From positions 32,001-96,000 of IMG/VR virus record IMGVR_UViG_3300037628_000643: DNA of 64,000 nt; one strand, given 5' to 3'. A program made the position numbers and the translations under genes. Position 1 is the stretch's first letter. Each line of letters begins with the position of its first letter. Below are positions 39,185 to 49,029 of the stretch, in pieces. The DNA is from a virus. The notes below the pieces were generated by a model that saw nothing but the letters and a program-made list of their open reading frames with translations, was not told where the DNA came from and did not search any database.

Positions 39185-40498
39185 ATGATCGAAAGCTACA
39201 TAGCATTTCTAAATGCCTTAAGCCAAGGTAACGATATGGTAGCCGGAGCTCTTGTTATGGCAAGTACTGGAGTCGGTTTGTATGTCGCAAGAGCGTTACC
39301 AAGCAAAATATTTAATTTTGTAAAAAGATTCTCTACGATAAGTTTGGTTTATGATAATACTACGCATGCATCTCGTGAACAATACATAGAGTTAGAACAA
39401 TTTCTTTTGAACAATAAAGCTTTAGGAAATATAAGAACCTACTCGTTAAATACTATCTGGGATTCAGATAAGCAGGCAAATTCAACAAAATTGGGAATAG
39501 GATATGGCGCACACTTAATTCGACATAATCTCAGCCTAATACTTGCCGTAAAAGAACAATTAGATAGTAGTGGATCAGAACTTCAAAAAGAAAGAGTAAC
39601 CCTGTATTGTGTTGGGAAGAAACCGGTTTTCTTTAATGCGATAGTGGATCACCTTGAAAAGATGAGCTCAGGTTACGGAGCCGATGGGACGATACCAATA
39701 TTGGATTGGGATAATCATAGTTGGAGAAAGACAACATCACAGCGTCCTGCGGGATTAGATTCTTTGGCTATAAACAATGACATAAAAGATAAATTTAAGA
39801 ATGAATTTAAATTCTTCATGGAAAGCAAAGAAGAGTTTCATCGATTAAATCTACCCTATAAGATGACTTATCTTCTGCATGGAGTACCTGGATCTGGAAA
39901 AACATCGCTTATTCGAGCGCTCGCTAGTGATTATAGTTTATCTATAGCAAGGATAAATCTGAATGACTTTTCCGATGATGGTTTTTACAAGGCCATAACT
40001 AAAGTTCCAAAAAAGTCAATTGTTCTCATAGAGGATTTTGATAGTACCAGCTCAACAAAGAAACGAAAAATAAATAGAGATCTAATTGATTCTGACTCGG
40101 ACACTAAAGATGACTTTGAAACATTTAGTTTCTTAACATTATCTGGGATACTAAACACTTTAGATGGAATAGTTAGCCTGAATGAATGCATAATATTTTT
40201 AACAACCAACAATATAGGTGCCATTGATGAGGCTCTTTATAGAACGGGAAGAGTTGACGTTATACGAGAGCTTCCAAAAATTAATGAAGATGTTGTTAGT
40301 GAATATTTTGAAAAACTTTATCCAAACATTAAAGATAAGGTCAAATTCAACAGTATGTCAGCCAAGGATATTAACGGAATTGTGTCCTCTGCTAAATCTG
40401 ATAAAAATAAAGCAATAGAATTGTTAAATGAAACGGGAGAAGAAAATGAACAGAGAAGAAATGTTTGCAAATTACCATTACAGAAGAGGCTACCTTGA
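39185..40498 (+). CDS. BCS1-like membrane-anchored AAA+ ATPase
   Basis: N-terminal hydrophobic helix, G.G.H, LLHGVPGSGKTS, IEDFD, TLSGILNTLDG, D.AL.R.GR.D. Confidence 0.8.
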   Translation: MIESYIAFLNALSQGNDMVAGALVMASTGVGLYVARALPSKIFNFVKRFSTISLVYDNTTHASREQYIELEQFLLNNKALGNIRTYSLNTIWDSDKQANSTKLGIGYGAHLIRHNLSLILAVKEQLDSSGSELQKERVTLYCVGKKPVFFNAIVDHLEKMSSGYGADGTIPILDWDNHSWRKTTSQRPAGLDSLAINNDIKDKFKNEFKFFMESKEEFHRLNLPYKMTYLLHGVPGSGKTSLIRALASDYSLSIARINLNDFSDDGFYKAITKVPKKSIVLIEDFDSTSSTKKRKINRDLIDSDSDTKDDFETFSFLTLSGILNTLDGIVSLNECIIFLTTNNIGAIDEALYRTGRVDVIRELPKINEDVVSEYFEKLYPNIKDKVKFNSMSAKDINGIVSSAKSDKNKAIELLNETGEENEQRRNVCKLPLQKRLP

Positions 40499-40886
40499 TG
40501 GTAGCGGAAATGGAGATAGGGCGCATGGTAAGACAGGTAGAAATATTTTAGATGCAGTAATGACGGCTTCTGAAACGAAAAGCGATGTGTTTTTTGTTTG
40601 CGATAATGATCGAACAATATCAGTTGAAAAAAGAAAAGTTATGGATATATCTCAAATCATTGGGTTTGATTTTTGTAATAGAATGAACATGTTCGAATTT
40701 GAGAACGGATCTACCATTTGGTTTGTATCTAAGCAAAACATTAGGGGTGCAGCAGAAAGCATGCTCGGATGCCATTATTTGAGCAATCCAGTGGTAATAC
40801 TTGATATTGACATGACTCAGATATGCTGTAGGACTTATGATGATATAGGTGAATTTAAATATATGATACAAGCGAGAACGCGATGA
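40446..40886 (+). CDS. hypothetical protein, terminase-ATPase-like fragment
   Basis: [17 protein letters not shown]...RG, VVILD. Confidence 0.45.
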   Translation: MNREEMFANYHYRRGYLDGSGNGDRAHGKTGRNILDAVMTASETKSDVFFVCDNDRTISVEKRKVMDISQIIGFDFCNRMNMFEFENGSTIWFVSKQNIRGAAESMLGCHYLSNPVVILDIDMTQICCRTYDDIGEFKYMIQARTR

Positions 40887-41719
40887 GTAAACAATATCTA
40901 GATCTAATCCAAAGAACAATCGACACTGGCGAATGGATTGAAAACAAACGAACAGGAAAGAAATGTTTAACTGTTATTAATGCTAGCTTCGAGTATGATT
41001 TGTCCGAAAACAAGTTGCCCGTACTCACGACAAAGAAATCCTATTGGAAACCCGCTATTGCAGAGATGCTTGGTTATCTTCGAGGTTATACCAGTGCAGC
41101 TGATTTCAGGGGAATAGGTTGTAATACATGGGGGTCTAATGCTAATGAAAACGAAGCGTGGCTTAACAACCCTCATAGAAAAGGAAAAGATGATCTCGGC
41201 AAAATCTATGGCGCTATAGCTCGTGATTTTGGGGGGAAAAATCTAATAAGAGAAGTCTATGATGATTTACGCAATGGAATTGATTCACGAGGAGAAATAA
41301 TTACATTCTATAAGCCGGATGATTTCGACAAAGGATGCTTGAGGCCATGCATGCATACTCATACTTTCAGCATCATTGGCGATAAATTGTATCTTACATC
41401 TTATCAGAGATCTGATGACTTACCTCTAGGTCATGGTTTCAATCAGATTCAAGTGGGGTGGCTACTAATGATTATGGCACAAATAACGGGATTAAAACCA
41501 GCTAAAGCATTTCATCATATAGTGAATGCTCATATATATGAAGATCAGCTGCCGTTCATTTATGAGCAACTTGAGAGAGAGCCATACGATCTTCCGACAC
41601 TAAAGATTAATCAAAAAATAAAAACATTAGAAGACTTGGAAACATGGGTAACGCTTGATGACTTCGAATTAATTGATTATAACCATCATGAAGCAATCAA
41701 ATTTCCGTTTTCAGTGTAA
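40883..41719 (+). CDS. thyA: thymidylate synthase
   Basis: RTG, P.LTTKK, LRPCM, YQRS.D.PLG..FN, HIYE. Confidence 0.97.
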   Translation: MSKQYLDLIQRTIDTGEWIENKRTGKKCLTVINASFEYDLSENKLPVLTTKKSYWKPAIAEMLGYLRGYTSAADFRGIGCNTWGSNANENEAWLNNPHRKGKDDLGKIYGAIARDFGGKNLIREVYDDLRNGIDSRGEIITFYKPDDFDKGCLRPCMHTHTFSIIGDKLYLTSYQRSDDLPLGHGFNQIQVGWLLMIMAQITGLKPAKAFHHIVNAHIYEDQLPFIYEQLEREPYDLPTLKINQKIKTLEDLETWVTLDDFELIDYNHHEAIKFPFSV

Positions 41720-41772
41720 ACGAACCACAAGGATGTGGTATTATTGTTAGACCATTCAAAGCAGGTATCACT

Positions 41773-42483
41773 ATGACCAGACATGCGAGCAAAGATAAAA
41801 CTGTAACTGAACTCAAAAATTACAATAATGCTAATGGTATCGATAGATGGGAGCTGTCAAACGAACAAAAAGAACTATCAAAAATAATCTCCATGAGCGA
41901 TATGACGCTCGTCAGCGGAAAGGCTGGAGTTGGAAAAACAGCAGCTATACTTCATAATTACGTAAAAGAATACCTTTCAGATGTATCAAAGCACATAGTT
42001 ATCATTAGAACGCCAGTTGAGGTAGGGCTGGATAAGATAGGGTTTTTACCAGGAGATTCAAAAGAAAAGCTTGAACCTCACTTTGCACCTTTCAAGAAAA
42101 TTCTAGAGTTACTCATGTCAAAAGATAAGGTTAAGTGTGACCTTAATAAAAGAATACACTTTTCAATTCCTAACTTTTTGCTCGGAGATAGTCTGGACGA
42201 TTCTCTTATCATTGTTAGTGAGGCACAACAGCTCCCCAAAGAGGTTGTAAGGCTTATTATGGAGCGAGTAGGAAACAATTCAAAAATAGTCTTTGAGGGA
42301 GATGAATCTCAAAAATATACAACAACAGGAATTAGAAGCGGTCTTAGTCATGCTTTTGGTTTGTTTCAAAAACACCCAACGGAAGGTGTTGATTTCTATA
42401 CATTTAGTGGAAATACAAATATGAGGTCTGATTTTGTTGGAAGAATAAATAAAGTTTATGAATTAGAAGAAGACCGCGCTTGA
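41773..42483 (+). CDS. phoH: PhoH-family ATPase
   Basis: GKAGVGKT, IGFLPG...EK..P, EAQ, RVG..SK....GD..Q. Confidence 0.9.
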   Translation: MTRHASKDKTVTELKNYNNANGIDRWELSNEQKELSKIISMSDMTLVSGKAGVGKTAAILHNYVKEYLSDVSKHIVIIRTPVEVGLDKIGFLPGDSKEKLEPHFAPFKKILELLMSKDKVKCDLNKRIHFSIPNFLLGDSLDDSLIIVSEAQQLPKEVVRLIMERVGNNSKIVFEGDESQKYTTTGIRSGLSHAFGLFQKHPTEGVDFYTFSGNTNMRSDFVGRINKVYELEEDRA

Positions 42484-42556
42484 CAAGGCATATTTAATGT
42501 AAGATAATCCCTGTTGACAATTAGTTAACGGGGATTTTTTATGTTTGGAGAATTAA

Positions 42557-43015
42557 ATGACAGATAAACACAAAGCAATATCAGTAGCTGATGAATTATG
42601 CGAAAAATATTCATTTACAGTTCTGCAATTAGTCGCATCAACTCTATTTCAGAGAACAATAGAATTTAAAAGTAAAACAAAATGGATGTCATCAGAGGAT
42701 GATCTTCTGTCTACATTTTTCTATCTTTCATCAAAAGAAGAGTTATGCGAGGCATTACAGTGCACAATGGAGTCCCTTTATGTAAGAGCTAGAATGCTTG
42801 GTGTTGTGAGTCCGACTTTTGATACCTTAAGTTCATATGATCTTGGTATGGCACTTAGTTTATTTCAGGAAGGAAAAACACAAGAAGAGGTATTATCTCT
42901 ATTTGGAGTTTCAGCGACAACAACACCGATAAGAACTTTAACTTTAAGTAATTATAATGACATTGGAAATGCATTGAATCCAAAAGATAGTTCTCAGATG
43001 GAGTTGTTTGAATGA
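42557..43015 (+). CDS. hypothetical protein, possible DNA binding
   Basis: W...ED.LL and HTH-like segments. Confidence 0.55.
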   Translation: MTDKHKAISVADELCEKYSFTVLQLVASTLFQRTIEFKSKTKWMSSEDDLLSTFFYLSSKEELCEALQCTMESLYVRARMLGVVSPTFDTLSSYDLGMALSLFQEGKTQEEVLSLFGVSATTTPIRTLTLSNYNDIGNALNPKDSSQMELFE

Positions 43016-43785
43016 ATGAAGGTGTATGGCTAATGCATGGAGACTGCTTAGAGAGAATGAAGGAAATACCAGATGGAAGTGTAGATTTAGTATTAGCCGA
43101 TCCGCCATTTGGAACAACTCAATGTAAGTGGGATTCTATAATTGATTTGGATTTAATGTGGGATCAACTAAAAAGAGTGATTAAGCCTAATGGTGCTATT
43201 TTACTATTTGGACAAACACCATTTGACAAAGTCTTAGGCTGCAGTAACTTGCCTATGCTCAAGTATGAATGGATTTGGGAGAAAACAAGCGCAACAGGTC
43301 ATTTGAACGTAAAAAGATCACCGATGAAGGCACATGAAAATATATTGGTATTTTACAAGAAGCCACCTACATACAATGGACAAAAAACTACGGGACACAA
43401 AAGAAAAACAAGCAAAACAGGTAAAACATATAACAGCGCCTGTTACGGAGCCGAGTCAAAGAAGCCGGATTACGATAGCGATGAAAGGCACCCAAGAAGT
43501 GTTCAGGTGTTTAAAAGCGACAAGCAAAAATCGAAACTTGTTCCAACGCAGAAACCACTTGCGCTAATGGAGTATTTAATGAAAACATATTCTAATGAGG
43601 GTGAAGTAGTTTTGGATTTTACGGCTGGTTCATTTACAACTGGAGTTGCTTGTGTCAATCTTAATCGTAAGTTTATCGGGATAGAAATGGATGAAACTTA
43701 TTTTAATATTGGAGTTAACAGGATTGAGGAACGTATAAAGTGCCTAGATTTAAAGACAGAACTAATGACAAGCACGGAAGATTAA
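43012..43785 (+). CDS. N4/N6 DNA methyltransferase (beta class)
   Basis: GDCLE.M, DPPF motif IV, PTQKP, VLDFTAGS.TTG motif I. Confidence 0.95.
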   Translation: MNEGVWLMHGDCLERMKEIPDGSVDLVLADPPFGTTQCKWDSIIDLDLMWDQLKRVIKPNGAILLFGQTPFDKVLGCSNLPMLKYEWIWEKTSATGHLNVKRSPMKAHENILVFYKKPPTYNGQKTTGHKRKTSKTGKTYNSACYGAESKKPDYDSDERHPRSVQVFKSDKQKSKLVPTQKPLALMEYLMKTYSNEGEVVLDFTAGSFTTGVACVNLNRKFIGIEMDETYFNIGVNRIEERIKCLDLKTELMTSTED

Positions 43786-44324
43786 CTGTGATATCTCATG
43801 CAGGTAAAGACCATAGAAATAAGCATCTATGGCTTTGTTTATGCGACTGCGGAAATGAAAAAATAGTCGTCTCTGATAACTTGTCTAGCGGAAAGTCAAA
43901 CAGTTGCGGGTGCTTAAAGGCTGAGTTTTTGGCTAAAAAAGGAAACCAATGGGGTCTTTACGAAGATAGGGAGGTAGCATTATTAAAGGTTCAGTATAGC
44001 CACTTAAAAAGAAGAAATAGAAAGATGGGGTTTATTGGCGAGCTTAGCTTTGATTCTTTCTCATTAAAAGTGAAGTCTCCTTGCAGATATTGTGGTCTTG
44101 AGCACTCAAAGGAGGTTGAGGATAGATTAAATGAAAGCCCTAAGCAGAAAAGGCTATCAGACCATGTTCTGAAATGTAACGGCATTGACAGAGTTGATAA
44201 CAAAAAAGGATACGAAGATGAGAATTCTGTTTCTTGCTGTAAGTTTTGTAACTTTGCCAAGCACACAATGTCAGAAGATGATTTTTATTTATGGATAAAG
44301 AGGGTTTATGAATTTAACTTTTAA
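43740..44324 (+). CDS. HNH homing endonuclease
   Basis: GRLTV...WLCLCDCG, C.YCG, GIDRVDN.KGY...N.VSCC..CN.AK; GTG start. Confidence 0.85.
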   Translation: MPRFKDRTNDKHGRLTVISHAGKDHRNKHLWLCLCDCGNEKIVVSDNLSSGKSNSCGCLKAEFLAKKGNQWGLYEDREVALLKVQYSHLKRRNRKMGFIGELSFDSFSLKVKSPCRYCGLEHSKEVEDRLNESPKQKRLSDHVLKCNGIDRVDNKKGYEDENSVSCCKFCNFAKHTMSEDDFYLWIKRVYEFNF

Positions 44325-44325
44325 C

Positions 44326-44433
44326 AGCACAACTGGGGTAGCTGCAAAAAAGCTCAATAGAAAGTTCATTGGAATAGAAAAATTCGAAAAAGAATTCAAT
44401 ATCGCAGAAAAAAGAATTAAGGAGTCTAAATGA
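44326..44433 (+). pseudogene. stranded former 3' end of the methyltransferase
   Basis: STTGVAAKKLNRKFIGIEKFEKEFNIAEKRIKESK* aligns to the MTase C-terminus; TGA overlaps dnaN ATG. Confidence 0.88.
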
Positions 44434-45530
44434 AATTCACAATCAAAGTCGAAGACCTAAGATCAGCACTTTCTTCTTTATCTTCTATAATACCCAAGAA
44501 GCACTTCAACACATACATCACCAATACGCTAGCATGTGTTAGTGATTCAGTTGTGGCTTTTACTGGTTACAATGAAGCTATACAGAAGACTGTAAGAGTG
44601 GAATGTACAGCGCAGGATTCAATGGAAATACTGTTTGACTACAACAAGGTCAACAACCTTTCAAAGATGCTTCCAGATGGAAAAATGGTGACTTTTACTG
44701 TAAAAGACGGTAAGCTTGTGGTCTCGTGTGGTAAAAGCAGAAGCACGCTATCATTGTCTGATGTTAGTTCGTATCCAAGCATGACTATTGATGAGCTCAC
44801 TGTTATTGATCATGATCCAAAGGAGTTATCAGAAAGTATCGATACTGTTTTTCATGCATCTGATCGAGATAATGCCAAGCACGAGATAAACGGCGTAGCA
44901 ATGATATCTGGAAACGGAACTGTTGATGTGGTTGCCACAAATACAGCAAGATTATCAGCCTGCAAATTACCAACAAGCAGTAGCGAATCTTTTTCCATGA
45001 TAATTCCGTACTCATCCGTATCGTCTGTTTCAAAATCACTAGCTGCAGCAACTAATGTTGGTACTGATGGAAGGAATTTAGTGGTAGCAGGAGATGACTT
45101 TTTGCTTGTTTGTCAGCTTTTTGATGGCAAATATGTGCCATATGATAGGGTGATACCTAGTGATAATACCATCACTAATAAGTTAACTTTTAGCAAAGAA
45201 AATATGGTTAACGCATTAAAGAGAATTATTGCAATAGCAGAAAATTCATACGCAACAACGTGTGTTATTACAGCTGATACCGGAACAGTTGATGCAACGA
45301 TTCAGGGTAACAACTCTTTAGGAGGTAAAGATGAAATTATTGAAGTTATACCAATGACAAACGATTCAAAAGAGTCTTTTTCTATTGGATTTAATCCAAG
45401 GTTTATTATGGATGCATTATCCAAGATAAGCAACGAGACTGTGAACTGTACTATTCATTCAGGTGGATTTTCTATGTTAAAGTTTTCTGAAGGAAATTTC
45501 GTAGCCATTATCACTAAAAAAATAATTTAA
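44430..45530 (+). CDS. dnaN: DNA polymerase III beta sliding clamp
   Basis: 366 aa; MKFTI, S.YP, VATNT.RL, G.Y.PY.RVIP, IGFNPRF..DAL. Confidence 0.9.
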   Translation: MKFTIKVEDLRSALSSLSSIIPKKHFNTYITNTLACVSDSVVAFTGYNEAIQKTVRVECTAQDSMEILFDYNKVNNLSKMLPDGKMVTFTVKDGKLVVSCGKSRSTLSLSDVSSYPSMTIDELTVIDHDPKELSESIDTVFHASDRDNAKHEINGVAMISGNGTVDVVATNTARLSACKLPTSSSESFSMIIPYSSVSSVSKSLAAATNVGTDGRNLVVAGDDFLLVCQLFDGKYVPYDRVIPSDNTITNKLTFSKENMVNALKRIIAIAENSYATTCVITADTGTVDATIQGNNSLGGKDEIIEVIPMTNDSKESFSIGFNPRFIMDALSKISNETVNCTIHSGGFSMLKFSEGNFVAIITKKII

Positions 45531-45575
45531 TATTAGTGGTAGTATTTAGCGTGTTAATTAATAATGGAGAACTAA

Positions 45576-46151
45576 ATGGAAGATAATAGAGCAGTACTTG
45601 AGCCATATAATGAGCCTGTTGAAATTAACAGGTACTCATTTCACTTAGACGAAGATATTGAAAGACCTTCTTATTACAGAACCATGATAGAGGTAATGAC
45701 TGGATGCTCTCGCGCTGATGAAGTTACAATCTATTTTAATACTGATGGTGGTAGTTACGATGGAATGATTTCAATCATACATGCGATTAAGGCTTGTCAA
45801 TGCCCAGTTGTTGGAATACTATACGGTAAGGCATATAGTGCGGGAGCTGGAATACTGCTTAATTGCACTGATATCTATGTTGGAGAAAATGCCTCTATCA
45901 TGGTGCATTCTGGATTTGACGGTATTGGAGGGAAGGTGTCTGACATTAAGGCTTATGTTGATTTTTCAAACAAAGAAAATACAAGGTTTATCAATAATGT
46001 TTATAGTGACTTTTTGACAGGTGACGAAATGAACAGGGTTGAAAGGGGTGACGATCTTTTCTTTGACTCTAAGGAATCAAAAGAAAAACTTGATTTAATG
46101 TTCAAGAAAAAACACGCAAATGCTATTGTGAATAATGAGCCTGTTCATTAA
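45576..46151 (+). CDS. ClpP-like serine protease
   Basis: IYFNTDGGS, G.AYSAG, IMVH. Confidence 0.8.
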   Translation: MEDNRAVLEPYNEPVEINRYSFHLDEDIERPSYYRTMIEVMTGCSRADEVTIYFNTDGGSYDGMISIIHAIKACQCPVVGILYGKAYSAGAGILLNCTDIYVGENASIMVHSGFDGIGGKVSDIKAYVDFSNKENTRFINNVYSDFLTGDEMNRVERGDDLFFDSKESKEKLDLMFKKKHANAIVNNEPVH

Positions 46152-46165
46152 ATTTAGGAGCGAAT

Positions 46166-46525
46166 ATGAGTACAGCAAGCGGAGCAGAAATATGGGTTGG
46201 CGTTGGGTATGATGTTTTGGCAGAAAATCTAGGATGGAAAAAAGAGGTTAACGAGTACAAGGAGGTAGAATGGGAAGTGCCAGAAGATTTTGACATGTAT
46301 GATTATACTGAAGATATTGGCATAGGTTACCCTGTATCTTATGATAGTCAAGATAATGAAGATAGGGTATACGGCATTGAAATCAAATCAGTAGAGTGGG
46401 GAGCAACTGAGTTTGATCCACTTGAAATATTGAGAAAATCTGGCGCTGAGCGACTTAATGTATCAGAAAGACTTGGTATTGATATTAATAAAGTAGAAGT
46501 GTTCTTGGTTTCAACGTACTTTTAA
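46166..46525 (+). CDS. hypothetical protein
   Basis: 119 aa, AGGAG RBS. Confidence 0.65.
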   Translation: MSTASGAEIWVGVGYDVLAENLGWKKEVNEYKEVEWEVPEDFDMYDYTEDIGIGYPVSYDSQDNEDRVYGIEIKSVEWGATEFDPLEILRKSGAERLNVSERLGIDINKVEVFLVSTYF

Positions 46526-46544
46526 TGTATTGGGAGTAATCCGC

Positions 46545-48137
46545 TTGGCAATATTTACAAATGACGAACTAATAGAAATAGAACGCCTCTCCGAGCAAGA
46601 GGGTCGTTCTAGCAGGTACATAGCAACAGTTTTTGGATGTGGTAAGAGTACAATTTCTGATTTTCTCAGAGGCGATACGTATGCAGAATATCGGGAATCA
46701 AAGAAACCGACAGCCTCTGGATCAATATCTGAGCCATACAAAAAAAGAAGACGACTGTCAGGAAGTAAGTTTGTCTTTACTTCTGCTCAAAACAATACGT
46801 ATGTCCATGACAATTTTCTAAAATCACTCGAAGGATATTGTATTGATAATGATGCACAACTCATAGTCGGTACTTTTCATTATAATAAAAACGCCTATCA
46901 AAAACACGATGAGCAAGATGATAATTGTTGGTTTGATCCAAAAATAAGAAAGTACATTCTTGATGAGGATATGGATATCGCTGATGATTTGATGTGGTGT
47001 GGAGAGCTTGATATTAATCCAACGGCAGTGAATCCTATGACTGGCTTTCATAGCTATACAAAGCAGTCATGCGGCATTATTCCTCATGTAAAGGTGCAGC
47101 TAGAGAGCGTTCCTACTCCAAAGTACTTGGATGCAAAGATTCTTTATACTACAGGAGCGATAACGCAAAGAAACTATATTCAAAGAAAAACAGGGCAAAT
47201 AGCATCTTTTCATCATATTTTTGGCGCATTGGTCGTTGAAGTTGATGAAGATGGAGATTGGTTTGCTCGTCAGCTTTCCGCAGAGTCAGATACAGGTGAG
47301 TTTTACGACCTTGATAGAAAATATACACCTCATGGATCTGAGTTTTTAGATCACATTAAGGCTGTTAATTGGGGAGATATTCACGCTGCAAACCTAAACA
47401 AAACAGTTGCCAATGTAAGTTGGGGGTCAAACGACTCGATGCTCGACACACTAAAACCTAGACATCAGTTTCTACACGATGTATTTGATATGAATTATCG
47501 GAATCACCACAATATTAAGAATGCTTATTTTAGATATAAAATGTTTATAGATGGGACAGAAAGTGTTCGAGATGAAGTTGAGATGACATCTAATGTTATG
47601 CTTGATATGACAAGGGACTTTTCAGAGATAATTGTCGTTCAGAGCAACCATGACTTGGCACTTAAGAAATGGTTAACCGAACAGGATTATCGAACAGATC
47701 CAGTGAACGCAGAGTTTTTTCTTGAGATGCAACTCGCTTCTTATCAGGCTATTAAAGGCGGCGGTAAGTTTGCCGTATTTGAGCATGCATGCAAGACGAT
47801 AAATGAGAAATTAATTGACGTAAGATTCTTGGGTGAGGATGAGTCGTTCATTGTTTGTGGCGATATCGAGTGTGGACAACATGGCGCGAATGGAAATTCA
47901 GGAGCCAGAGGGTCTGTGCGAGCATTTCAGCTTCAAGGTCGCAGGTTCAATGTGGGTCATTCTCATTCAATTTCGATAAAAGATGGCGTCTATACAGCAG
48001 GCGCATGTATGTCTGCAGAAGAAACATCTTACGCAAAAGGAGGTGGAAGCTGGAGCTTTGGACACATCATTACCTATCCAAATGGCAAACGTGCAATTAT
48101 TTCTATTAAGAACGGAAAGTGGCGAAAAAATGATTGA
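46545..48137 (+). CDS. HTH + metallophosphoesterase protein (T5 A1-like)
   Basis: N-terminal HTH; FTSAQNNT, WGDIH, HD.FD, SNHD, GHSH; TTG start with GGGAG. Confidence 0.65.
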   Translation: MAIFTNDELIEIERLSEQEGRSSRYIATVFGCGKSTISDFLRGDTYAEYRESKKPTASGSISEPYKKRRRLSGSKFVFTSAQNNTYVHDNFLKSLEGYCIDNDAQLIVGTFHYNKNAYQKHDEQDDNCWFDPKIRKYILDEDMDIADDLMWCGELDINPTAVNPMTGFHSYTKQSCGIIPHVKVQLESVPTPKYLDAKILYTTGAITQRNYIQRKTGQIASFHHIFGALVVEVDEDGDWFARQLSAESDTGEFYDLDRKYTPHGSEFLDHIKAVNWGDIHAANLNKTVANVSWGSNDSMLDTLKPRHQFLHDVFDMNYRNHHNIKNAYFRYKMFIDGTESVRDEVEMTSNVMLDMTRDFSEIIVVQSNHDLALKKWLTEQDYRTDPVNAEFFLEMQLASYQAIKGGGKFAVFEHACKTINEKLIDVRFLGEDESFIVCGDIECGQHGANGNSGARGSVRAFQLQGRRFNVGHSHSISIKDGVYTAGACMSAEETSYAKGGGSWSFGHIITYPNGKRAIISIKNGKWRKND

Positions 48138-48195
48138 CAACAAGGCTACATTCGTGTAGCCTTTGTTTTAATTATTGAATTTGAGGAGGTTAATT

Positions 48196-48456
48196 ATGAA
48201 GATTGCAAAAGTGTACGATCCCAAAACTAACCAAGTGACAGCTTGGAGTCAGGTTTTTCATGTAAGTTGGTGGTGCGAATGGATATCAATAGATGCTGAC
48301 GGAGAAATAGTTTTCTGGGAGGATAAACCGATAGCAAGGGCTGATAGCTGGGTTGGGTATGGAGACATAATATACAAAACAAAACACTACGGGAAAGCTG
48401 AAGATTTTGGAGATTGGCGCAAGTGCTTAGTGCGTATTGGTGACAAGGAATTTTAA
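48196..48456 (+). CDS. hypothetical protein
   Basis: GAGGAGG RBS; WI.ID.DG...W..KP motif. Confidence 0.65.
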   Translation: MKIAKVYDPKTNQVTAWSQVFHVSWWCEWISIDADGEIVFWEDKPIARADSWVGYGDIIYKTKHYGKAEDFGDWRKCLVRIGDKEF

Positions 48457-48458
48457 TA

Positions 48459-48653
48459 ATGGCACTCCCATGCAATCGTGAGGCGACAGACTTTATTGTA
48501 AAGAAAATACTGGAAAACGAATGCTTTTTTACAAAAATTATATCTCAAAGTTTTTATTTTTTCAGAGAAATATTTGACAAGACGCCCCATAGTGAGTTAA
48601 GGTGGGATTGTATGAGTAATGAAGCCATGAGAACAACGATGTTGGAGTTTTGA
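48459..48653 (+). CDS. hypothetical protein
   Basis: 64 aa, AAGGA RBS. Confidence 0.5.
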   Translation: MALPCNREATDFIVKKILENECFFTKIISQSFYFFREIFDKTPHSELRWDCMSNEAMRTTMLEF

Positions 48654-48666
48654 ATAGGAGGAGATT

Positions 48667-49029
48667 ATGGATTTTGACGAAATTAGCGATGCACAAATAG
48701 CAAAATCAGTTGGCGAAAGTTTAGGTCATGTATGCGTAATTAAAGATGATGAATGCTTGATTATTAGCCGCCCTAAATCACGCAAGCCACTCAAAAGGCG
48801 AACAATAACTACAAAATTCGATCCTTGTAATGTATGGAATGACGCTGGGCCTATTATCGTTAATGGCTGTATCGAGCTGACGCCTTTATTTCGAGGTGCG
48901 TGGTGCGCAAGCAAAATAGATAATTATACATATGATGAAGCTCCAATATATGGCGACAACCAGTATGTTGATGAGAATCCATTGCGTGCAGCTATGATCG
49001 TTTTTCTTATGATGCAGGAAAACAAATGA
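48667..49029 (+). CDS. NinX-family protein
   Basis: FDPCN...DAGPII...I.L, NPLRAAMIVFLMM. Confidence 0.85.
   Translation: MDFDEISDAQIAKSVGESLGHVCVIKDDECLIISRPKSRKPLKRRTITTKFDPCNVWNDAGPIIVNGCIELTPLFRGAWCASKIDNYTYDEAPIYGDNQYVDENPLRAAMIVFLMMQENK

Noticed and set aside
45576-46151. Prohead maturation protease
   Set aside because: Far from the head module; capsid has a separate scaffold and no evident delta domain
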